Shown piece by piece: positions 40,181 through 53,306 of a DNA stretch of 64,000 nucleotides. Numbering within the stretch: position 1 is the first letter of the stretch; each line of letters starts with the position of its first letter. The translations under genes and the position numbers were made by a program. The stretch is from assembly GCF_988242995.1 (NCBI RefSeq), contig NZ_OZ547043.1; one strand, given 5' to 3'. The notes below the pieces were generated by a model. It did not search any database. It saw only the letters and a list, made by a program, of their open reading frames with translations, and was not told where the DNA came from.

Positions 40181-41221
40181 ATGGTCTGGTTAGCGAATCC
40201 CGAGCGTTACGGGCAGATGCAGTACCGTTATTGCGGAAAAAGCGGTTTACGCCTGCCCGCGTTATCGCTCGGTTTATGGCACAATTTCGGTCACGTTAAC
40301 GCGCTGGAATCACAGCGTGCGATCCTGCGTAAAGCGTTTGATTTAGGCATTACGCACTTTGATTTAGCCAACAATTACGGGCCGCCTCCAGGAAGCGCAG
40401 AAGAGAACTTTGGTCGCCTGCTGCGGGAGGATTTTGCCGCTTATCGCGATGAACTGATTATCTCTACCAAGGCTGGCTACGATATGTGGCCCGGCCCTTA
40501 CGGCTCTGGCGGTTCACGTAAATACCTGCTCGCCAGCCTCGACCAAAGCCTGAAGCGTATGGGGCTTGAGTATGTCGATATCTTTTACTCTCATCGCGTC
40601 GATGAAAATACGCCGATGGAAGAAACCGCCTCTGCGCTGGCTCATGCGGTACAAAGCGGTAAGGCGCTTTATGTCGGGATCTCCTCTTACTCGCCAGAGC
40701 GGACGCAAAAAATGGTCGAGTTGCTGCGCGAGTGGAAAATTCCGCTGTTAATTCATCAACCTTCGTACAATTTACTGAACCGCTGGGTGGATAAAAGCGG
40801 CCTGCTGGATACCCTGCAACATAACGGCGTGGGCTGCATTGCCTTTACTCCTCTGGCTCAGGGATTGCTGACCGGAAAATATCTCAACGGTATTCCGCAA
40901 GATTCACGGATGCATCGTGAAGGGAATAAAGTTCGTGGTCTGACGCCGAAAATGCTCACCGAAGCCAACCTCAACAGCCTGCGGTTATTGAATGAAATGG
41001 CACAGCAGCGTGGACAATCAATGGCGCAAATGGCGTTAAGCTGGTTGCTGAAAGATGAACGCGTCACCTCGGTGTTGATTGGTGCCAGCCGTCCGGAACA
41101 ACTGGAAGAGAACGTGCAGGCGTTAAACAACCTGGCATTCAGTGCCGAGGAGCTGGCGCAGATTGATCAGCATATCGCCGATGGCGAGCTGAATCTGTGG
41201 CAGGCGTCTTCCGATAAATGA
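40181..41221 (+). CDS. gpr: L-glyceraldehyde 3-phosphate reductase (aldo-keto reductase)
   Basis: 346 aa, SD aggaga; recognised as Gpr/YghZ. Confidence 0.92.
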   Translation: MVWLANPERYGQMQYRYCGKSGLRLPALSLGLWHNFGHVNALESQRAILRKAFDLGITHFDLANNYGPPPGSAEENFGRLLREDFAAYRDELIISTKAGYDMWPGPYGSGGSRKYLLASLDQSLKRMGLEYVDIFYSHRVDENTPMEETASALAHAVQSGKALYVGISSYSPERTQKMVELLREWKIPLLIHQPSYNLLNRWVDKSGLLDTLQHNGVGCIAFTPLAQGLLTGKYLNGIPQDSRMHREGNKVRGLTPKMLTEANLNSLRLLNEMAQQRGQSMAQMALSWLLKDERVTSVLIGASRPEQLEENVQALNNLAFSAEELAQIDQHIADGELNLWQASSDK

Positions 41222-41260
41222 CCTGTTAATAACGGGCGCGAGAACCGCGCCCGAATCAGA

Positions 41261-41824
<564 letters not shown>

Positions 41825-41945
41825 TCAACATATCCGTTAAACCTTTGTCGCATAAATCCGAGGTTTAGGGATCTTCCTGGTTCCCTTATCAACGCATCGA
41901 GAGCGTCTACCCTTAAAGGACGTTGAACCTGAAGGGAGAAAAACG

Positions 41946-42830
41946 ATGTCTCATTTAAAAGACCCGACCACGCAGTATTACACTGGTGAATATCCCAAAC
42001 AGAAACAACCGACGCCAGGCATCCAGGCGAAGATGACACCGGTACCGGATTGCGGCGAGAAAACCTATGTTGGTAGCGGTCGCCTGAAAGATCGTAAAGC
42101 ACTGGTGACAGGGGGCGATTCCGGAATCGGTCGCGCTGCCGCCATTGCTTACGCGCGTGAAGGGGCTGACGTGGCGATCAGTTATCTTCCCGTGGAAGAA
42201 GAAGACGCTCAGGATGTGAAAAAGATCATTGAAGAATGCGGACGCAAAGCCGTCCTGCTGCCAGGCGATTTAAGCGATGAGAAATTCGCCCGTTCGCTGG
42301 TTCACGAAGCGCACAAGGCGTTAGGCGGGCTGGATATTATGGCGCTGGTCGCCGGGAAACAGGTTGCCATTCCTGATATTGCAGACCTCACCAGCGAACA
42401 GTTTCAAAAGACCTTTGCCATTAACGTTTTCGCGCTGTTCTGGCTAACCCAGGAAGCGATCCCCCTGCTACCGAAAGGTGCCAGTATCATCACCACTTCG
42501 TCAATCCAGGCATACCAGCCAAGCCCGCATTTACTGGACTATGCGGCTACGAAGGCGGCGATTCTGAACTACAGCCGTGGCCTGGCAAAACAGGTCGCAG
42601 AGAAAGGTATTCGGGTGAATATTGTTGCGCCAGGCCCGATCTGGACAGCACTGCAAATTTCCGGCGGACAGACGCAGGATAAGATCCCGCAGTTTGGTCA
42701 GAAAACGCCGATGAAGCGTGCGGGGCAACCGGCGGAACTGGCCCCTGTATATGTTTATCTGGCAAGTCAGGAGTCTAGCTACGTCACCGCAGAAGTGCAT
42801 GGCGTGTGCGGCGGCGAGCATTTAGGCTAA
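41946..42830 (+). CDS. yghA: Short-chain dehydrogenase/reductase
   Basis: 294 aa; [11 protein letters not shown]ossmann motif; SD gaaggga. Confidence 0.9.
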   Translation: MSHLKDPTTQYYTGEYPKQKQPTPGIQAKMTPVPDCGEKTYVGSGRLKDRKALVTGGDSGIGRAAAIAYAREGADVAISYLPVEEEDAQDVKKIIEECGRKAVLLPGDLSDEKFARSLVHEAHKALGGLDIMALVAGKQVAIPDIADLTSEQFQKTFAINVFALFWLTQEAIPLLPKGASIITTSSIQAYQPSPHLLDYAATKAAILNYSRGLAKQVAEKGIRVNIVAPGPIWTALQISGGQTQDKIPQFGQKTPMKRAGQPAELAPVYVYLASQESSYVTAEVHGVCGGEHLG

Positions 42831-42835
42831 AAAAA

Positions 42836-42873
42836 TGCCCGGTTGTGAAAAGCAACCGGGCATCATTTTTATT
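42836..42873. terminator. Bidirectional terminator between yghA and exbD
   Basis: Hairpin atgcccggttg...caaccgggcat flanked by A-run and T-run. Confidence 0.55.
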
Positions 42874-43294
42874 TCGCTTTGGCAGTTTCTTCGCCGACCA
42901 GACCTATCTTCAGGTAACCCGCCTGATGCAGCGTATCCATTACCTTCATCAACGTCTCGTAATCGACGGTTTTATCCGCTCGGAAGAAGATGGTGGTGTC
43001 TTTCTTACCTTCAGTTAACGCATTCAACGCCGTAATCATTGTTTCATCGGTGACCGGATCGTTACCGATAAACATCGAGTTGTCTGCCTTCACCGACAGA
43101 TAAACCGGTTTTTCCGGGCGCGGCTGCGGCGTGCTGGTAGAAGCAGGCAAGTTCACCTTCACATCTACCGTCGCTAACGGTGCCGCCACCATAAAGATAA
43201 TCAGCAGAACCAACATCACGTCGATAAACGGCGTCACGTTGATATCATGCATTTCGCCGTTATCGTCGAGGTTTTCGTTAAGATGCATTGCCAT
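42869..43294 (-). CDS. exbD: TonB system energy-transducing protein ExbD
   Basis: 141-aa ORF, ATG start; recognised. Confidence 0.93.
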   Translation of the reverse strand: MAMHLNENLDDNGEMHDINVTPFIDVMLVLLIIFMVAAPLATVDVKVNLPASTSTPQPRPEKPVYLSVKADNSMFIGNDPVTDETMITALNALTEGKKDTTIFFRADKTVDYETLMKVMDTLHQAGYLKIGLVGEETAKAK

Positions 43295-43300
43295 CGGACA

Positions 43301-44035
43301 TTATCCTGCGCGTAATTTTTGTGCGACACGAACCGGATGCGCAGCGGCGCTGGCTTCCAGATCCAGGTCACGGCTTTGCAGCAACAATACCTGCGCTGCA
43401 ACATCACCCAGCATCGCTTTAAAGCCGCCAATCTGGCGTGCAAATACGTTATAGATAACGACCGCCGGAATCGCTGCCACGAGGCCGATTGCCGTTGCTA
43501 ACAGAGCTTCTGCAATACCCGGCGCAACGACTGCCAGGTTAGTGGTCTGCGTTTGCGCGATACCAATAAAGCTGTTCATGATGCCCCAGACCGTACCAAA
43601 CAGACCCACAAACGGCGAAATCGCGCCGATGGTTGCCAGATAGCCGTTACCACGGCCCATTTGACGACCTACTGCGGCGACCCGACGCTCCAGACGGAAG
43701 CTGGTACGTTCTTTAATACCTTCGTTATCGTCGCTGCCTTCTGACAGTTCCAGCTCATTCTGCGCTTCATTGAGCAAATGCAGGCTCAAGCTTTTGCTAC
43801 CAAAATCAGCAGCGATATCGTTGGCCTGGTTTAAGGAACGCGCTTCAGCCAGCAGTTGCTGCTCGCGCTTAAGGCGACGCTTCTGATTGAAGAACTCTAC
43901 GCTCTTACTGAAGAAGATTGCCCAGGTGACTACGGAGGCCAAAATAAGCCCAATCATCACGCACTTAACGACAATATCGGCGTGCTGATACATACCCCAG
44001 ACGGAAAGATCCGTCTGCATTAAATTATTACCCAC
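43301..44035 (-). CDS. exbB: TonB system energy-transducing protein ExbB
   Basis: 244 aa, GTG start; recognised. Confidence 0.93.
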   Translation of the reverse strand: MGNNLMQTDLSVWGMYQHADIVVKCVMIGLILASVVTWAIFFSKSVEFFNQKRRLKREQQLLAEARSLNQANDIAADFGSKSLSLHLLNEAQNELELSEGSDDNEGIKERTSFRLERRVAAVGRQMGRGNGYLATIGAISPFVGLFGTVWGIMNSFIGIAQTQTTNLAVVAPGIAEALLATAIGLVAAIPAVVIYNVFARQIGGFKAMLGDVAAQVLLLQSRDLDLEASAAAHPVRVAQKLRAG

Positions 44036-44286
44036 TGTGTATCTCCAGGACGCAAGTCACAAAATCTGCGCATAATAATATCAAAACGACGTCGAATTGA
44101 TAGTCGTTCTCATTACTATTTGCATACTGCCGTACCTTTGCTTTCTTTTCCTTGCGTTTACGCAGTAAAAAAGTCACCAGCACGCCATTTGCGAAAATTT
44201 TCTGCTTTATGCCAATTCTTCAGGATGCGCCCGCGAATATTCATGCTAGTTTAGACATCCAGACGTATAAAAACAGGAATCCCGAG

Positions 44287-45474
44287 ATGGCGGACAAAAA
44301 GCTTGATACTCAACTGGTGAATGCAGGACGCAGCAAAAAATACACTCTCGGCGCGGTAAATAGCGTGATTCAGCGCGCTTCTTCGCTGGTCTTTGACAGT
44401 GTGGAAGCCAAAAAACACGCGACGCGCAATCGCGCCAATGGCGAGTTGTTTTATGGACGGCGCGGAACGTTAACCCATTTCTCCTTACAAGAGGCGATGT
44501 GCGAACTGGAAGGTGGCGCAGGCTGCGTGCTGTTCCCCTGCGGGGCGGCGGCGGTTGCTAATTCTATTCTTGCTTTTGTCGAACAGGGCGATCATGTGTT
44601 GATGACCAACACCGCCTATGAACCGAGTCAGGATTTCTGTAGCAAAATCCTCAGCAAACTGGGCGTAACGACATCATGGTTTGATCCGCTGATTGGTGCC
44701 GATATCGTTAAGTATCTACAGCCAAACACCAAAATCGTATTTCTGGAATCCCCAGGATCCATCACCATGGAAGTCCACGACGTTCCGGCGATTGTTGCCG
44801 CCGTACGCAGTGTGGTGCCGGATGCCATCATTATGATCGACAACACCTGGGCAGCCGGTGTGCTGTTTAAGGCGCTGGATTTTGGCGTCGATGTTTCTAT
44901 TCAGGCCGCCACCAAATATCTGGTTGGGCATTCAGATGCGATGATTGGCACTGCGGTGTGCAATGCCCGTTGCTTGGAGCAACTACGGGAGAATGCCTAC
45001 CTGATGGGCCAGATGGTCGATGCCGATACCGCCTATATAACCAGCCGTGGCCTGCGCACATTAGGTGTGCGTTTGCGTCAACATCATGAAAGCAGTCTGA
45101 AAGTGGCCAAATGGCTGGCAGAACATCCGCAAGTAGCGCGAGTTAACCACCCTGCTCTGCCTGGCAGTAAAGGCCACGAATTCTGGAAACGAGACTTTAC
45201 AGGTAGCAGCGGGCTATTTTCCTTTGTGCTTAAGAAAAAGCTCAATGATGAAGAGCTGGCGAACTATCTGGATAACTTCAGTTTATTCAGCATGGCCTAC
45301 TCGTGGGGCGGTTATGAATCGTTGATCCTGGCAAATCAACCAGAACATATCGCCGCCATTCGCCCGCAAGGCGAGATCGATTTTAGCGGGACCTTGATTC
45401 GCCTGCATATTGGTCTGGAAGATGTCGACGATCTGATTGCCGATCTGGACGCCGGTTTTGCGCGAATTGTATAA
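44287..45474 (+). CDS. metC: Cystathionine beta-lyase
   Basis: 395 aa from ATG 44287 ([15 protein letters not shown]); track ORF has upstream in-frame extension. Confidence 0.93.
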   Translation: MADKKLDTQLVNAGRSKKYTLGAVNSVIQRASSLVFDSVEAKKHATRNRANGELFYGRRGTLTHFSLQEAMCELEGGAGCVLFPCGAAAVANSILAFVEQGDHVLMTNTAYEPSQDFCSKILSKLGVTTSWFDPLIGADIVKYLQPNTKIVFLESPGSITMEVHDVPAIVAAVRSVVPDAIIMIDNTWAAGVLFKALDFGVDVSIQAATKYLVGHSDAMIGTAVCNARCLEQLRENAYLMGQMVDADTAYITSRGLRTLGVRLRQHHESSLKVAKWLAEHPQVARVNHPALPGSKGHEFWKRDFTGSSGLFSFVLKKKLNDEELANYLDNFSLFSMAYSWGGYESLILANQPEHIAAIRPQGEIDFSGTLIRLHIGLEDVDDLIADLDAGFARIV

Positions 45475-45613
45475 CATTGCCACTTTTGGACAATTTTGCA
45501 GACATTTTATTGTGAAAAGTCTTAAATTGTTGCGTCCGGGATCAAGGCGTCCCGGACGATTCAGGAGTACAATAGGCAGATAAAGGCTTAAACGCTGTTC
45601 CACAGGAAAGTCC

Positions 45614-46273
45614 ATGGCTGTTATTCAAGATATCATCGCTGCGCTCTGGCAACACGACTTTGCCGCGCTGGCGGATCCTCATATTGTTAGCGTTGTTTAC
45701 TTTGTCATGTTTGCCACGCTGTTTTTAGAAAACGGCCTGCTGCCCGCCTCATTTTTGCCAGGCGACAGCTTGTTGATATTGGCTGGCGCATTGATTGCCC
45801 AGGGGGTTATGGATTTTCTGCCTACGATTGCGATTCTGACCGCCGCAGCAAGTCTGGGCTGCTGGTTAAGTTATATTCAGGGGCGCTGGTTAGGGAATAC
45901 CAAAACGGTGAAAGGCTGGCTGGCACAGCTTCCCGCTAAATATCACCAGCGCGCCACCTGCATGTTTGACCGCCACGGTCTGTTGGCGCTGCTGGCTGGA
46001 CGTTTTCTTGCATTTGTCCGTACGCTGCTGCCAACCATGGCGGGAATTTCCGGTTTGCCAAACCGCCGTTTCCAGTTTTTCAACTGGTTAAGCGGATTGC
46101 TGTGGGTCAGCGTGGTAACCAGTTTCGGCTATGCCTTAAGTATGATTCCGTTCGTTAAACGCCATGAAGATCAGGTAATGACGTTCCTGATGATCCTGCC
46201 AATTGCCTTGTTAACCGCTGGCTTGTTAGGCACGCTGTTTGTGGTGATTAAAAAAAAATACTGTAACGCCTGA
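45614..46273 (+). CDS. yghB: DedA-family inner membrane protein
   Basis: 219-aa ORF, ATG start; recognised. Confidence 0.9.
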
Positions 46274-46312
46274 CGATTTTCCCCGTTCCCGGTTGCTGTA
46301 CCGGGAACGTAT

Positions 46313-47269
46313 TTAATTCCCCTGCATCGCCCGCATTCTTGCCGCATCTTCCCCCGGCGTCACACCGAAGTAACGTTTAAACTCACGGCTAAATTGCGAT
46401 GCGCTTTCGTAACCGACGCGCATCGCTGCCGCACTGGCTTTCATGCCGTCGTGGATGATCATCATCCGCGCCTTATGCAGACGGTAATTCTTCAAATACT
46501 GCAACGGCGAGGTGCTGGTGACAGACTTAAAATTATGGTGGAACGCCGATACGCTCATGTTGGCTTCTGCCGCCAGTTGCTCGACGCTCAGGTTTTCGGT
46601 GTATTTATTCTCAATCCGTTTCAGCACGCGGCTAATCAGGCTGAAGTGAGTCTGGCGACTGACCAGCGCCAGTAACGCGCCGCCGCAAGGTCCGGTCAGC
46701 ACGTAGTACAGAATTTCGCGGATGATCTGTTTGCCGAGAATACGCGCATCCAGCGGTCGCTCCATCACGTCGAGTAACCGCTCCGCCGCGCATAAAATCT
46801 CTTCTGATAACGTGGCAGAGTTAATCCCGCTGGCTGCCATCGACGGCTGGAAATGCTCATCTTCGCCAATGTCCATCAACAGTTCCTGTAACTGCAAAAT
46901 ATCGACATTGAGACGCAACCCTGCCAGCGGCACCTCTGACGTGGCATAGGTTTCGCACTCAAACGGCAACGGCACCGTCAGCAGCAGGTATTCATTGGCA
47001 TCATAACGAAACACGCGTTCATTGATATAACCGATTTTATGCCCGGAAAAGAGAATTATGATGCCAGGCTCGTACATTACCGGTGTACGTGCGAAAGGCG
47101 TCTCGCCATACAACAAACGCACATCGGGCAACAGCTCTGACAATTCATTTTCTTTATTTTTCAGTTTATTAACTTTATCCGCCAGCAAGCGGCAAATCTC
47201 TTCACGTTTCATATCGCGTAATTTCTTAGGAATAATGCGGCAATTTGATTGTGCGCAATTTTGTAGCAT
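46313..47269 (-). CDS. yqhC: AraC-family transcriptional activator of yqhD
   Basis: 318 aa from ATG 47269 ([12 protein letters not shown]); C-terminal AraC HTH region. Confidence 0.88.
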   Translation of the reverse strand: MLQNCAQSNCRIIPKKLRDMKREEICRLLADKVNKLKNKENELSELLPDVRLLYGETPFARTPVMYEPGIIILFSGHKIGYINERVFRYDANEYLLLTVPLPFECETYATSEVPLAGLRLNVDILQLQELLMDIGEDEHFQPSMAASGINSATLSEEILCAAERLLDVMERPLDARILGKQIIREILYYVLTGPCGGALLALVSRQTHFSLISRVLKRIENKYTENLSVEQLAAEANMSVSAFHHNFKSVTSTSPLQYLKNYRLHKARMMIIHDGMKASAAAMRVGYESASQFSREFKRYFGVTPGEDAARMRAMQGN

Positions 47270-47405
47270 TTCTCCAGCACTCTGGAGAAATAGGCAAGAC
47301 ATTGGCAGAAATGAGCATTGAGAGGTACGGCGCTGGCGACCACAATGAAAAACATCAGGCAGATCGTTCTCTGCCCTCATATTGACCCAGCAAAGGGAGC
47401 AAGTA

Positions 47406-48569
47406 ATGAACAACTTTAATCTGCACACCCCAACCCGCATTCTTTTTGGTAAAGGCGCAATCGCTGGTTTACGCGAACAAATTCCTCACGATGCTCGCGT
47501 ATTGATTACCTACGGCGGCGGCAGCGTGAAAAAAACCGGCGTTCTCGATCAAGTTCTGGATGCCCTGAAAGGCATGGACGTGCTGGAATTTGGCGGTATT
47601 GAGCCAAACCCGGCTTATGAAACGCTGATGAACGCCGTGAAACTGGTTCGCGAACAAAAAGTGACTTTCCTGCTGGCGGTTGGCGGCGGTTCTGTACTGG
47701 ACGGCACCAAATTTATCGCCGCAGCGGCTAATTATCCGGAAAATATCGATCCGTGGCACATTCTACAAACGGGCGGTAAAGAAATTAAAAGCGCCATCCC
47801 GATGGGCTGTGTGCTGACGCTGCCAGCAACCGGTTCAGAATCCAACGCAGGCGCGGTGATCTCCCGTAAAACCACAGGCGACAAGCAGGCATTCCATTCT
47901 GCCCATGTTCAACCCGTATTTGCCGTGCTCGATCCGGTTTATACCTACACTCTGCCGCCGCGTCAGGTGGCTAACGGTGTAGTGGATGCCTTTGTGCACA
48001 CCGTGGAACAGTATGTTACCAAACCGGTTGATGCCAAAATTCAGGACCGTTTCGCAGAAGGCATTTTGTTGACGCTGATCGAAGATGGTCCGAAAGCCCT
48101 GAAAGAGCCAGAAAACTACGATGTGCGCGCCAACGTTATGTGGGCGGCGACTCAGGCGCTGAACGGTTTGATTGGCGCTGGCGTACCGCAGGACTGGGCA
48201 ACGCATATGCTAGGCCACGAACTGACTGCGATGCACGGTCTGGATCACGCACAAACACTGGCTATCGTCCTGCCTGCACTGTGGAATGAAAAACGCGATA
48301 CCAAGCGCGCTAAGCTGCTGCAATATGCTGAACGCGTCTGGAACATCACAGAAGGTTCCGACGATGAGCGTATTGACGCCGCGATTGCCGCAACCCGCAA
48401 TTTCTTTGAGCAATTAGGCGTGCCGACCCACCTCTCCGACTACGGTCTGGACGGCAGCTCCATCCCGGCTTTGTTGAAAAAACTGGAAGAGCACGGTATG
48501 ACCCAACTGGGCGAAAATCATGACATTACGCTGGATGTCAGCCGCCGTATATACGAAGCCGCCCGCTAA
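47406..48569 (+). CDS. yqhD: NADPH-dependent aldehyde reductase (Fe-ADH family)
   Basis: 387 aa from ATG 47406 ([17 protein letters not shown]). Confidence 0.93.
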   Translation: MNNFNLHTPTRILFGKGAIAGLREQIPHDARVLITYGGGSVKKTGVLDQVLDALKGMDVLEFGGIEPNPAYETLMNAVKLVREQKVTFLLAVGGGSVLDGTKFIAAAANYPENIDPWHILQTGGKEIKSAIPMGCVLTLPATGSESNAGAVISRKTTGDKQAFHSAHVQPVFAVLDPVYTYTLPPRQVANGVVDAFVHTVEQYVTKPVDAKIQDRFAEGILLTLIEDGPKALKEPENYDVRANVMWAATQALNGLIGAGVPQDWATHMLGHELTAMHGLDHAQTLAIVLPALWNEKRDTKRAKLLQYAERVWNITEGSDDERIDAAIAATRNFFEQLGVPTHLSDYGLDGSSIPALLKKLEEHGMTQLGENHDITLDVSRRIYEAAR

Positions 48570-48673
48570 GCTTTTTACGCCTCAAACTTTCGTTTTCAGG
48601 CATTTCGTCCAGACTTAAGTTCACAACACCTCACCGGAGCCTGCTCCGGTGAGTTCATATAAAGGAGGAACGT

Positions 48674-49501
48674 ATGGCTAATCCAACCGTTATTAAGCTA
48701 CAGGATGGCAATGTCATGCCCCAGCTGGGACTGGGCGTCTGGCAAGCAAGTAATGAGGAAGTAATCACCGCCATTCAAAAAGCGTTAGACGTGGGTTATC
48801 GCTCGATTGATACCGCCGCGGCCTATAAGAACGAAGAAGGTGTCGGCAAAGCCCTGAAAAATGCCTCAGTCAACAGAGAAGAACTGTTCATCACCACTAA
48901 ACTGTGGAACGACGACCACAAGCGCCCCCGCGAAGCCCTGCTCGACAGCCTGAAAAAACTCCAGCTTGATTATATCGACCTCTACTTAATGCACTGGCCC
49001 GTTCCCGCTATCGACCATTATGTCGAAGCATGGAAAGGCATGATCGAATTGCAAAAAGAGGGATTAATCAAAAGCATCGGCGTGTGCAACTTCCAGATCC
49101 ATCACTTGCAACGCCTGATTGATGAAACTGGCGTGACGCCTGTGATAAACCAGATCGAACTTCACCCGCTGATGCAACAACGCCAGCTACATGCCTGGAA
49201 CGCGACACACAAAATCCAGACCGAATCCTGGAGCCCATTAGCGCAAGGAGGGAAAGGCGTTTTCGATCAGAAAGTCATTCGCGATCTGGCAGATAAATAC
49301 GGCAAAACCCCGGCGCAGATTGTTATCCGCTGGCATCTGGATAGCGGCCTGGTGGTGATCCCGAAATCGGTCACACCTTCACGTATTGCCGAAAACTTTG
49401 ATGTCTGGGATTTCCGTCTCGACAAAGACGAACTCGGCGAAATTGCAAAACTCGATCAGGGCAAGCGTCTCGGTCCCGATCCTGACCAGTTTGGCGGCTA
49501 A
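48674..49501 (+). CDS. dkgA: 2,5-diketo-D-gluconate reductase A / methylglyoxal reductase (AKR)
   Basis: 275 aa; strong SD aaggagg. Confidence 0.93.
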   Translation: MANPTVIKLQDGNVMPQLGLGVWQASNEEVITAIQKALDVGYRSIDTAAAYKNEEGVGKALKNASVNREELFITTKLWNDDHKRPREALLDSLKKLQLDYIDLYLMHWPVPAIDHYVEAWKGMIELQKEGLIKSIGVCNFQIHHLQRLIDETGVTPVINQIELHPLMQQRQLHAWNATHKIQTESWSPLAQGGKGVFDQKVIRDLADKYGKTPAQIVIRWHLDSGLVVIPKSVTPSRIAENFDVWDFRLDKDELGEIAKLDQGKRLGPDPDQFGG

Positions 49502-49514
49502 CGTGCAAATTCTC

Positions 49515-49549
49515 CCGGTGGCGGTAATGTTCCGCTACCGGACTTTTCA
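49515..49549 (+). terminator. Terminator hairpin after dkgA
   Basis: ccggtggcgg...ccgctaccgg stem followed by acttttc. Confidence 0.45.
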
Positions 49550-49700
49550 GAAATCATTTATTCCCCTCGCGTCCTGCCCATTGTTACTCTTCCTTGTTCA
49601 GGAATGCCAAATATAAGGATATCATCATGCAGAGCCGGAAGCTCTTAAAGGAACAATTCATCTACACCCGGGATAAACGCAACGGAGAGGTGAAAAACAG

Positions 49701-50627
49701 ATGAAAATAATACTTCTGTTTTTAGCAGCCCTGGCAAGTTTTACCGTACAGGCGCAGCCTCCTTCACAGACCGTAGAACAAACAGTCCGGCAGATTTATC
49801 AGAACTATAAATCAGATGCCAGTACGCCTTATTTTGGTGAAACCGGGGAGCGAGCGATAACTTCTGCGCGTATTCAACAGGCGCTTACGCTGAACGACAA
49901 TCTTACACTACCGGGCAATATTGGCTGGCTGGATTATGATCCGGTTTGTGATTGTCAGGATTTTGGCGATCTGGTGTTAGAAAGCGTAGCGATAACACAA
50001 CCTGACGCCGATCATGCCGATGCCGTTGTGCGCTTTCGTATCTTTAAAGACGACAAAGAAAAGACCATGCAGACACTGAAAATGGTGGCGGAAAATGGTC
50101 GTTGGGTCATTGACGATATTGTCAGCAATCATGGCAGCGTCTTACAAGCAGTTAATAGCGAGAATGAAAAAACGCTGGCCGCTATAGCTTCGTTGCAAAA
50201 AGAACAGCCGGAAGCCTTTGTTGCCGAACTCTTTGAACATATTGCTGATTATAGCTGGCCGTGGACGTGGGTGGTTTCCGACTCTTACCGCCAGGCGGTC
50301 AATGCCTTCTATAAAACCACCTTCAAGACTGCCAACAATCCCGATGAAGATATGCAAATAGAACGGCAATTTATTTACGACAATCCGATCTGTTTTGGCG
50401 AAGAGTCGTTATTTTCCCGCGTTGATGAAATTCGAGTCCTGGAGAAAACCACCGATTCCGCCCGCATTCATGTTCGTTTTACGCTGACCAATGGCAACAA
50501 CGAAGAGCAAGAACTGATTTTACAGCGGCGCGAAGGTAAGTGGGAAATCGCTGATTTTATCCGCCCGAACAGCGGCAGCCTACTTAAGCAGATTGAGGCA
50601 AAAACCGCCGCCAGATTAAAGCAATGA
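49701..50627 (+). CDS. yqhG: Periplasmic protein (signal peptide), DUF3828-like
   Basis: 308 aa; N-terminal signal peptide MKIILLFLAALASFTVQA. Confidence 0.85.
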   Translation: MKIILLFLAALASFTVQAQPPSQTVEQTVRQIYQNYKSDASTPYFGETGERAITSARIQQALTLNDNLTLPGNIGWLDYDPVCDCQDFGDLVLESVAITQPDADHADAVVRFRIFKDDKEKTMQTLKMVAENGRWVIDDIVSNHGSVLQAVNSENEKTLAAIASLQKEQPEAFVAELFEHIADYSWPWTWVVSDSYRQAVNAFYKTTFKTANNPDEDMQIERQFIYDNPICFGEESLFSRVDEIRVLEKTTDSARIHVRFTLTNGNNEEQELILQRREGKWEIADFIRPNSGSLLKQIEAKTAARLKQ

Positions 50628-50677
50628 GCTGAGTTAAATAACAATTAGCCGGAACAATAAATAAAAGGGAACACTAT

Positions 50678-50935
50678 ATGAAAACGATTTTCACCGTGGG
50701 AGCTGTTGTTCTGGCAACCTGCTTGCTCAGTGGCTGCGTCAATGAGCAAAAGGTCAATCAGCTGGCGAGCAATGTGCAAACATTAAATGCCAAAATCGCC
50801 CGGCTTGAGCAGGATATGAAAGCATTACGCCCACAAATCTATGCTGCCAAATCCGACGCTAACAGAGCCAATACGCGTCTTGATGCTCAGGACTATTTTG
50901 ATTGCCTGCGCTGCTTGCGTATGTACGCAGAATGA
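50678..50935 (+). CDS. yqhH: Small outer-membrane lipoprotein (Lpp-like)
   Basis: 85 aa; lipobox LLSGC; coiled-coil like Lpp. Confidence 0.85.
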   Translation: MKTIFTVGAVVLATCLLSGCVNEQKVNQLASNVQTLNAKIARLEQDMKALRPQIYAAKSDANRANTRLDAQDYFDCLRCLRMYAE

Positions 50936-50943
50936 TAAAAAAA

Positions 50944-50980
50944 TCCCCGGCAGCATTCTGTTACCGGGGATATTTTTTAA
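50944..50980. terminator. Bidirectional terminator between yqhH and ygiQ
   Basis: A7 - tccccgg...ccgggga hairpin - T6. Confidence 0.6.
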
Positions 50981-53196
50981 CGTCCAACCGCCGCTTTAGG
51001 GCGTTTCTTCGCACCAGCATTCACCGGACGAGATTGCGTAGACGACGCTTTTTTTGCCGTAGCAGGCGTCTGACGCTGGGTCGCCATCGGCGTATGTTTA
51101 GTCAACGCCGGACGGGTATTGCGGTTCTGGCGACGAGCCTCACGCATCTCTTCAATGGTTGGCGCAGGCACTAAGCAATCGCGACGGCTGCCAATCAGAT
51201 GCTTTTTGCCCATCGCTTCCAGCGCCTGGCGGATTAACGGCCAGTTTGCCGGATCGTGGTAACGCAACAACGCTTTATGCAGGCGACGCTGCTTGTCGCC
51301 CTTCGGTACAAAGACGTCTTCACTTTTATAACCAATCTTCGCCAGCGGGTTTTTGCCGGTGTAATACATAGTGGTCGAGTTAGCCAGCGGCGACGGGTAG
51401 AAGTTCTGTACCTGGTCGAGGCGGAAGCGGTGCTTTTTCAGCCACAGCGCCAGATTCACCATATCTTCATCGCGCGTACCGGGGTGTGCCGAGATGAAAT
51501 ACGGGATCAAATACTGCTCTTTACCTGCCTGTTTCGAGTAGGTATCGAACAACTCTTTAAAGCGGTCATAGCTGCCCATGCCCGGCTTCATCATCTTCGA
51601 CAACGGCCCTTCTTCGGTATGTTCCGGGGCAATCTTCAGATAACCGCCGACGTGATGGGTCGCCAGCTCTTTGATATAGCGCGGATCTTCCACGGCGATG
51701 TCATAACGTACGCCGGAAGCGATCAAGATCTTTTTAATGCCTTTCAGATCGCGCGCACGGCGATAGAGGTTGATCGTCGGTTCGTGGTTAGTGTCCATAT
51801 GCGGACAAATATCCGGATAAACGCACGACAAACGACGGCAGGTTTGCTCAGCGCGTAGCGATTTGCAGCGCAACATATACATGTTGGCAGTTGGCCCACC
51901 GAGATCGGAAATTACGCCCGTAAAACCTGGAACGGTGTCGCGGATCGCTTCGATCTCATTGATGATCGAATCTTCCGAACGGCTCTGAATAATGCGCCCT
52001 TCGTGCTCGGTGATAGAACAGAAAGAGCAGCCGCCAAAGCAGCCACGCATAATGTTGACCGAGAAACGGATCATTTCGTAAGCCGGAATACGGGCATTGC
52101 CATAGGCCGGATGCGGCACGCGCTTGTACGGCAGCGCAAAAACGCTGTCCATCTCTTCGGTAGAGAGCGGAATAGCAGGCGGGTTGATCCACACATAGCG
52201 GTCGCCATGTTTTTGCATCAATGCGCGGGCGCAGCCTGGGTTAGTTTCGTGGTGCAGAATACGCGAAGCATGGGCGTACAGCACTTTATCGCCCTTCACT
52301 TTCTCGAAAGAAGGCAGCAATACGTAGGTTTTTTCCCACGGTTTCGGGCGCGGCGGCTGCACGGTTACGGCTTTCGCTTCCTGCTTTTTCGGCGCAACAG
52401 GTTTGTTATCCGCGCACGGCAGATCTTCGCCATACGGATGCGGGATCGGGTCGATTTTCCCTGGGGTATCGAGACGGGTGGAATCCACGCCGCTCCAGCC
52501 TGGCAACGCCTCTTTTACGATAATCGCGGTATTACGCACATCGCGGATTTCACTAATCGGCTCGCCCATCGCCAGACGATGCGCCACTTCCACCAGCGGA
52601 CGCTCACCGTTACCAAACATCAGCATGTCGGCTTTGGAATCCACCAGCACAGAACGGCGCACGGTATCGGACCAGTAATCATAATGCGCGGTACGGCGCA
52701 GGCTGGCCTCAATACCGCCGAGGATCACCGGCACATCTTTCCACGCCTCTTTACAACGCTGGGTATAAACCAGTGTGGCGCGATCCGGTCGCTTACCCGC
52801 GACGTTATCCGGCGTGTAGGCATCGTCATGACGTAAACGGCGATCGGCAGTATAGCGGTTGATCATCGAGTCCATGTTGCCAGCAGTAACACCGAAAAAC
52901 AGATTCGGTTTACCCAGACGCATAAAGTCGTCTTTGCTGCTCCAGTCCGGTTGGGCAATGATCCCGACACGAAAGCCCTGCGCTTCCAGCATACGACCGC
53001 AAATCGCCATCCCGAAGCTTGGGTGATCGACATACGCGTCGCCAGTAACCAAAATGATGTCGCAGCTATCCCAGCCAAGTTGATCCATCTCTTCACGAGA
53101 CATCGGCAAAAACGGTGCCGGTCCAAAACAGGCGGCCCAGTACTGCGGCCAGGAGAACAGGTCGCGATCCGGTTGGATCAGGGAGATAGAGCTCAT
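50977..53196 (-). CDS. ygiQ: Radical SAM superfamily protein (UPF0313)
   Basis: 739 aa; CxxxCxxC-type motif CFGGCSFC. Confidence 0.9.
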   Translation of the reverse strand: MSSISLIQPDRDLFSWPQYWAACFGPAPFLPMSREEMDQLGWDSCDIILVTGDAYVDHPSFGMAICGRMLEAQGFRVGIIAQPDWSSKDDFMRLGKPNLFFGVTAGNMDSMINRYTADRRLRHDDAYTPDNVAGKRPDRATLVYTQRCKEAWKDVPVILGGIEASLRRTAHYDYWSDTVRRSVLVDSKADMLMFGNGERPLVEVAHRLAMGEPISEIRDVRNTAIIVKEALPGWSGVDSTRLDTPGKIDPIPHPYGEDLPCADNKPVAPKKQEAKAVTVQPPRPKPWEKTYVLLPSFEKVKGDKVLYAHASRILHHETNPGCARALMQKHGDRYVWINPPAIPLSTEEMDSVFALPYKRVPHPAYGNARIPAYEMIRFSVNIMRGCFGGCSFCSITEHEGRIIQSRSEDSIINEIEAIRDTVPGFTGVISDLGGPTANMYMLRCKSLRAEQTCRRLSCVYPDICPHMDTNHEPTINLYRRARDLKGIKKILIASGVRYDIAVEDPRYIKELATHHVGGYLKIAPEHTEEGPLSKMMKPGMGSYDRFKELFDTYSKQAGKEQYLIPYFISAHPGTRDEDMVNLALWLKKHRFRLDQVQNFYPSPLANSTTMYYTGKNPLAKIGYKSEDVFVPKGDKQRRLHKALLRYHDPANWPLIRQALEAMGKKHLIGSRRDCLVPAPTIEEMREARRQNRNTRPALTKHTPMATQRQTPATAKKASSTQSRPVNAGAKKRPKAAVGR

Positions 53197-53306
53197 TTTG
53201 CTTCCAGAAATGATAAAAAAATAATCAAAGGCCGGGGATTATAAGCCGGAACGAAAGAGAAATCGAAAGGTATTCCATACTCGCCCTCCTCGGGCGAGTA
53301 TGAAGA

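Noticed and set aside
44036..44151. Fur box upstream of exbB
   Set aside because: Iron regulation of exbB is expected from established knowledge, but I could not find a convincing match to the GATAATGATAATCATTATC consensus by eye (best candidate around 44084-44106 is weak).
52003..52836. 277-aa plus-strand ORF
   Set aside because: Antisense inside ygiQ.
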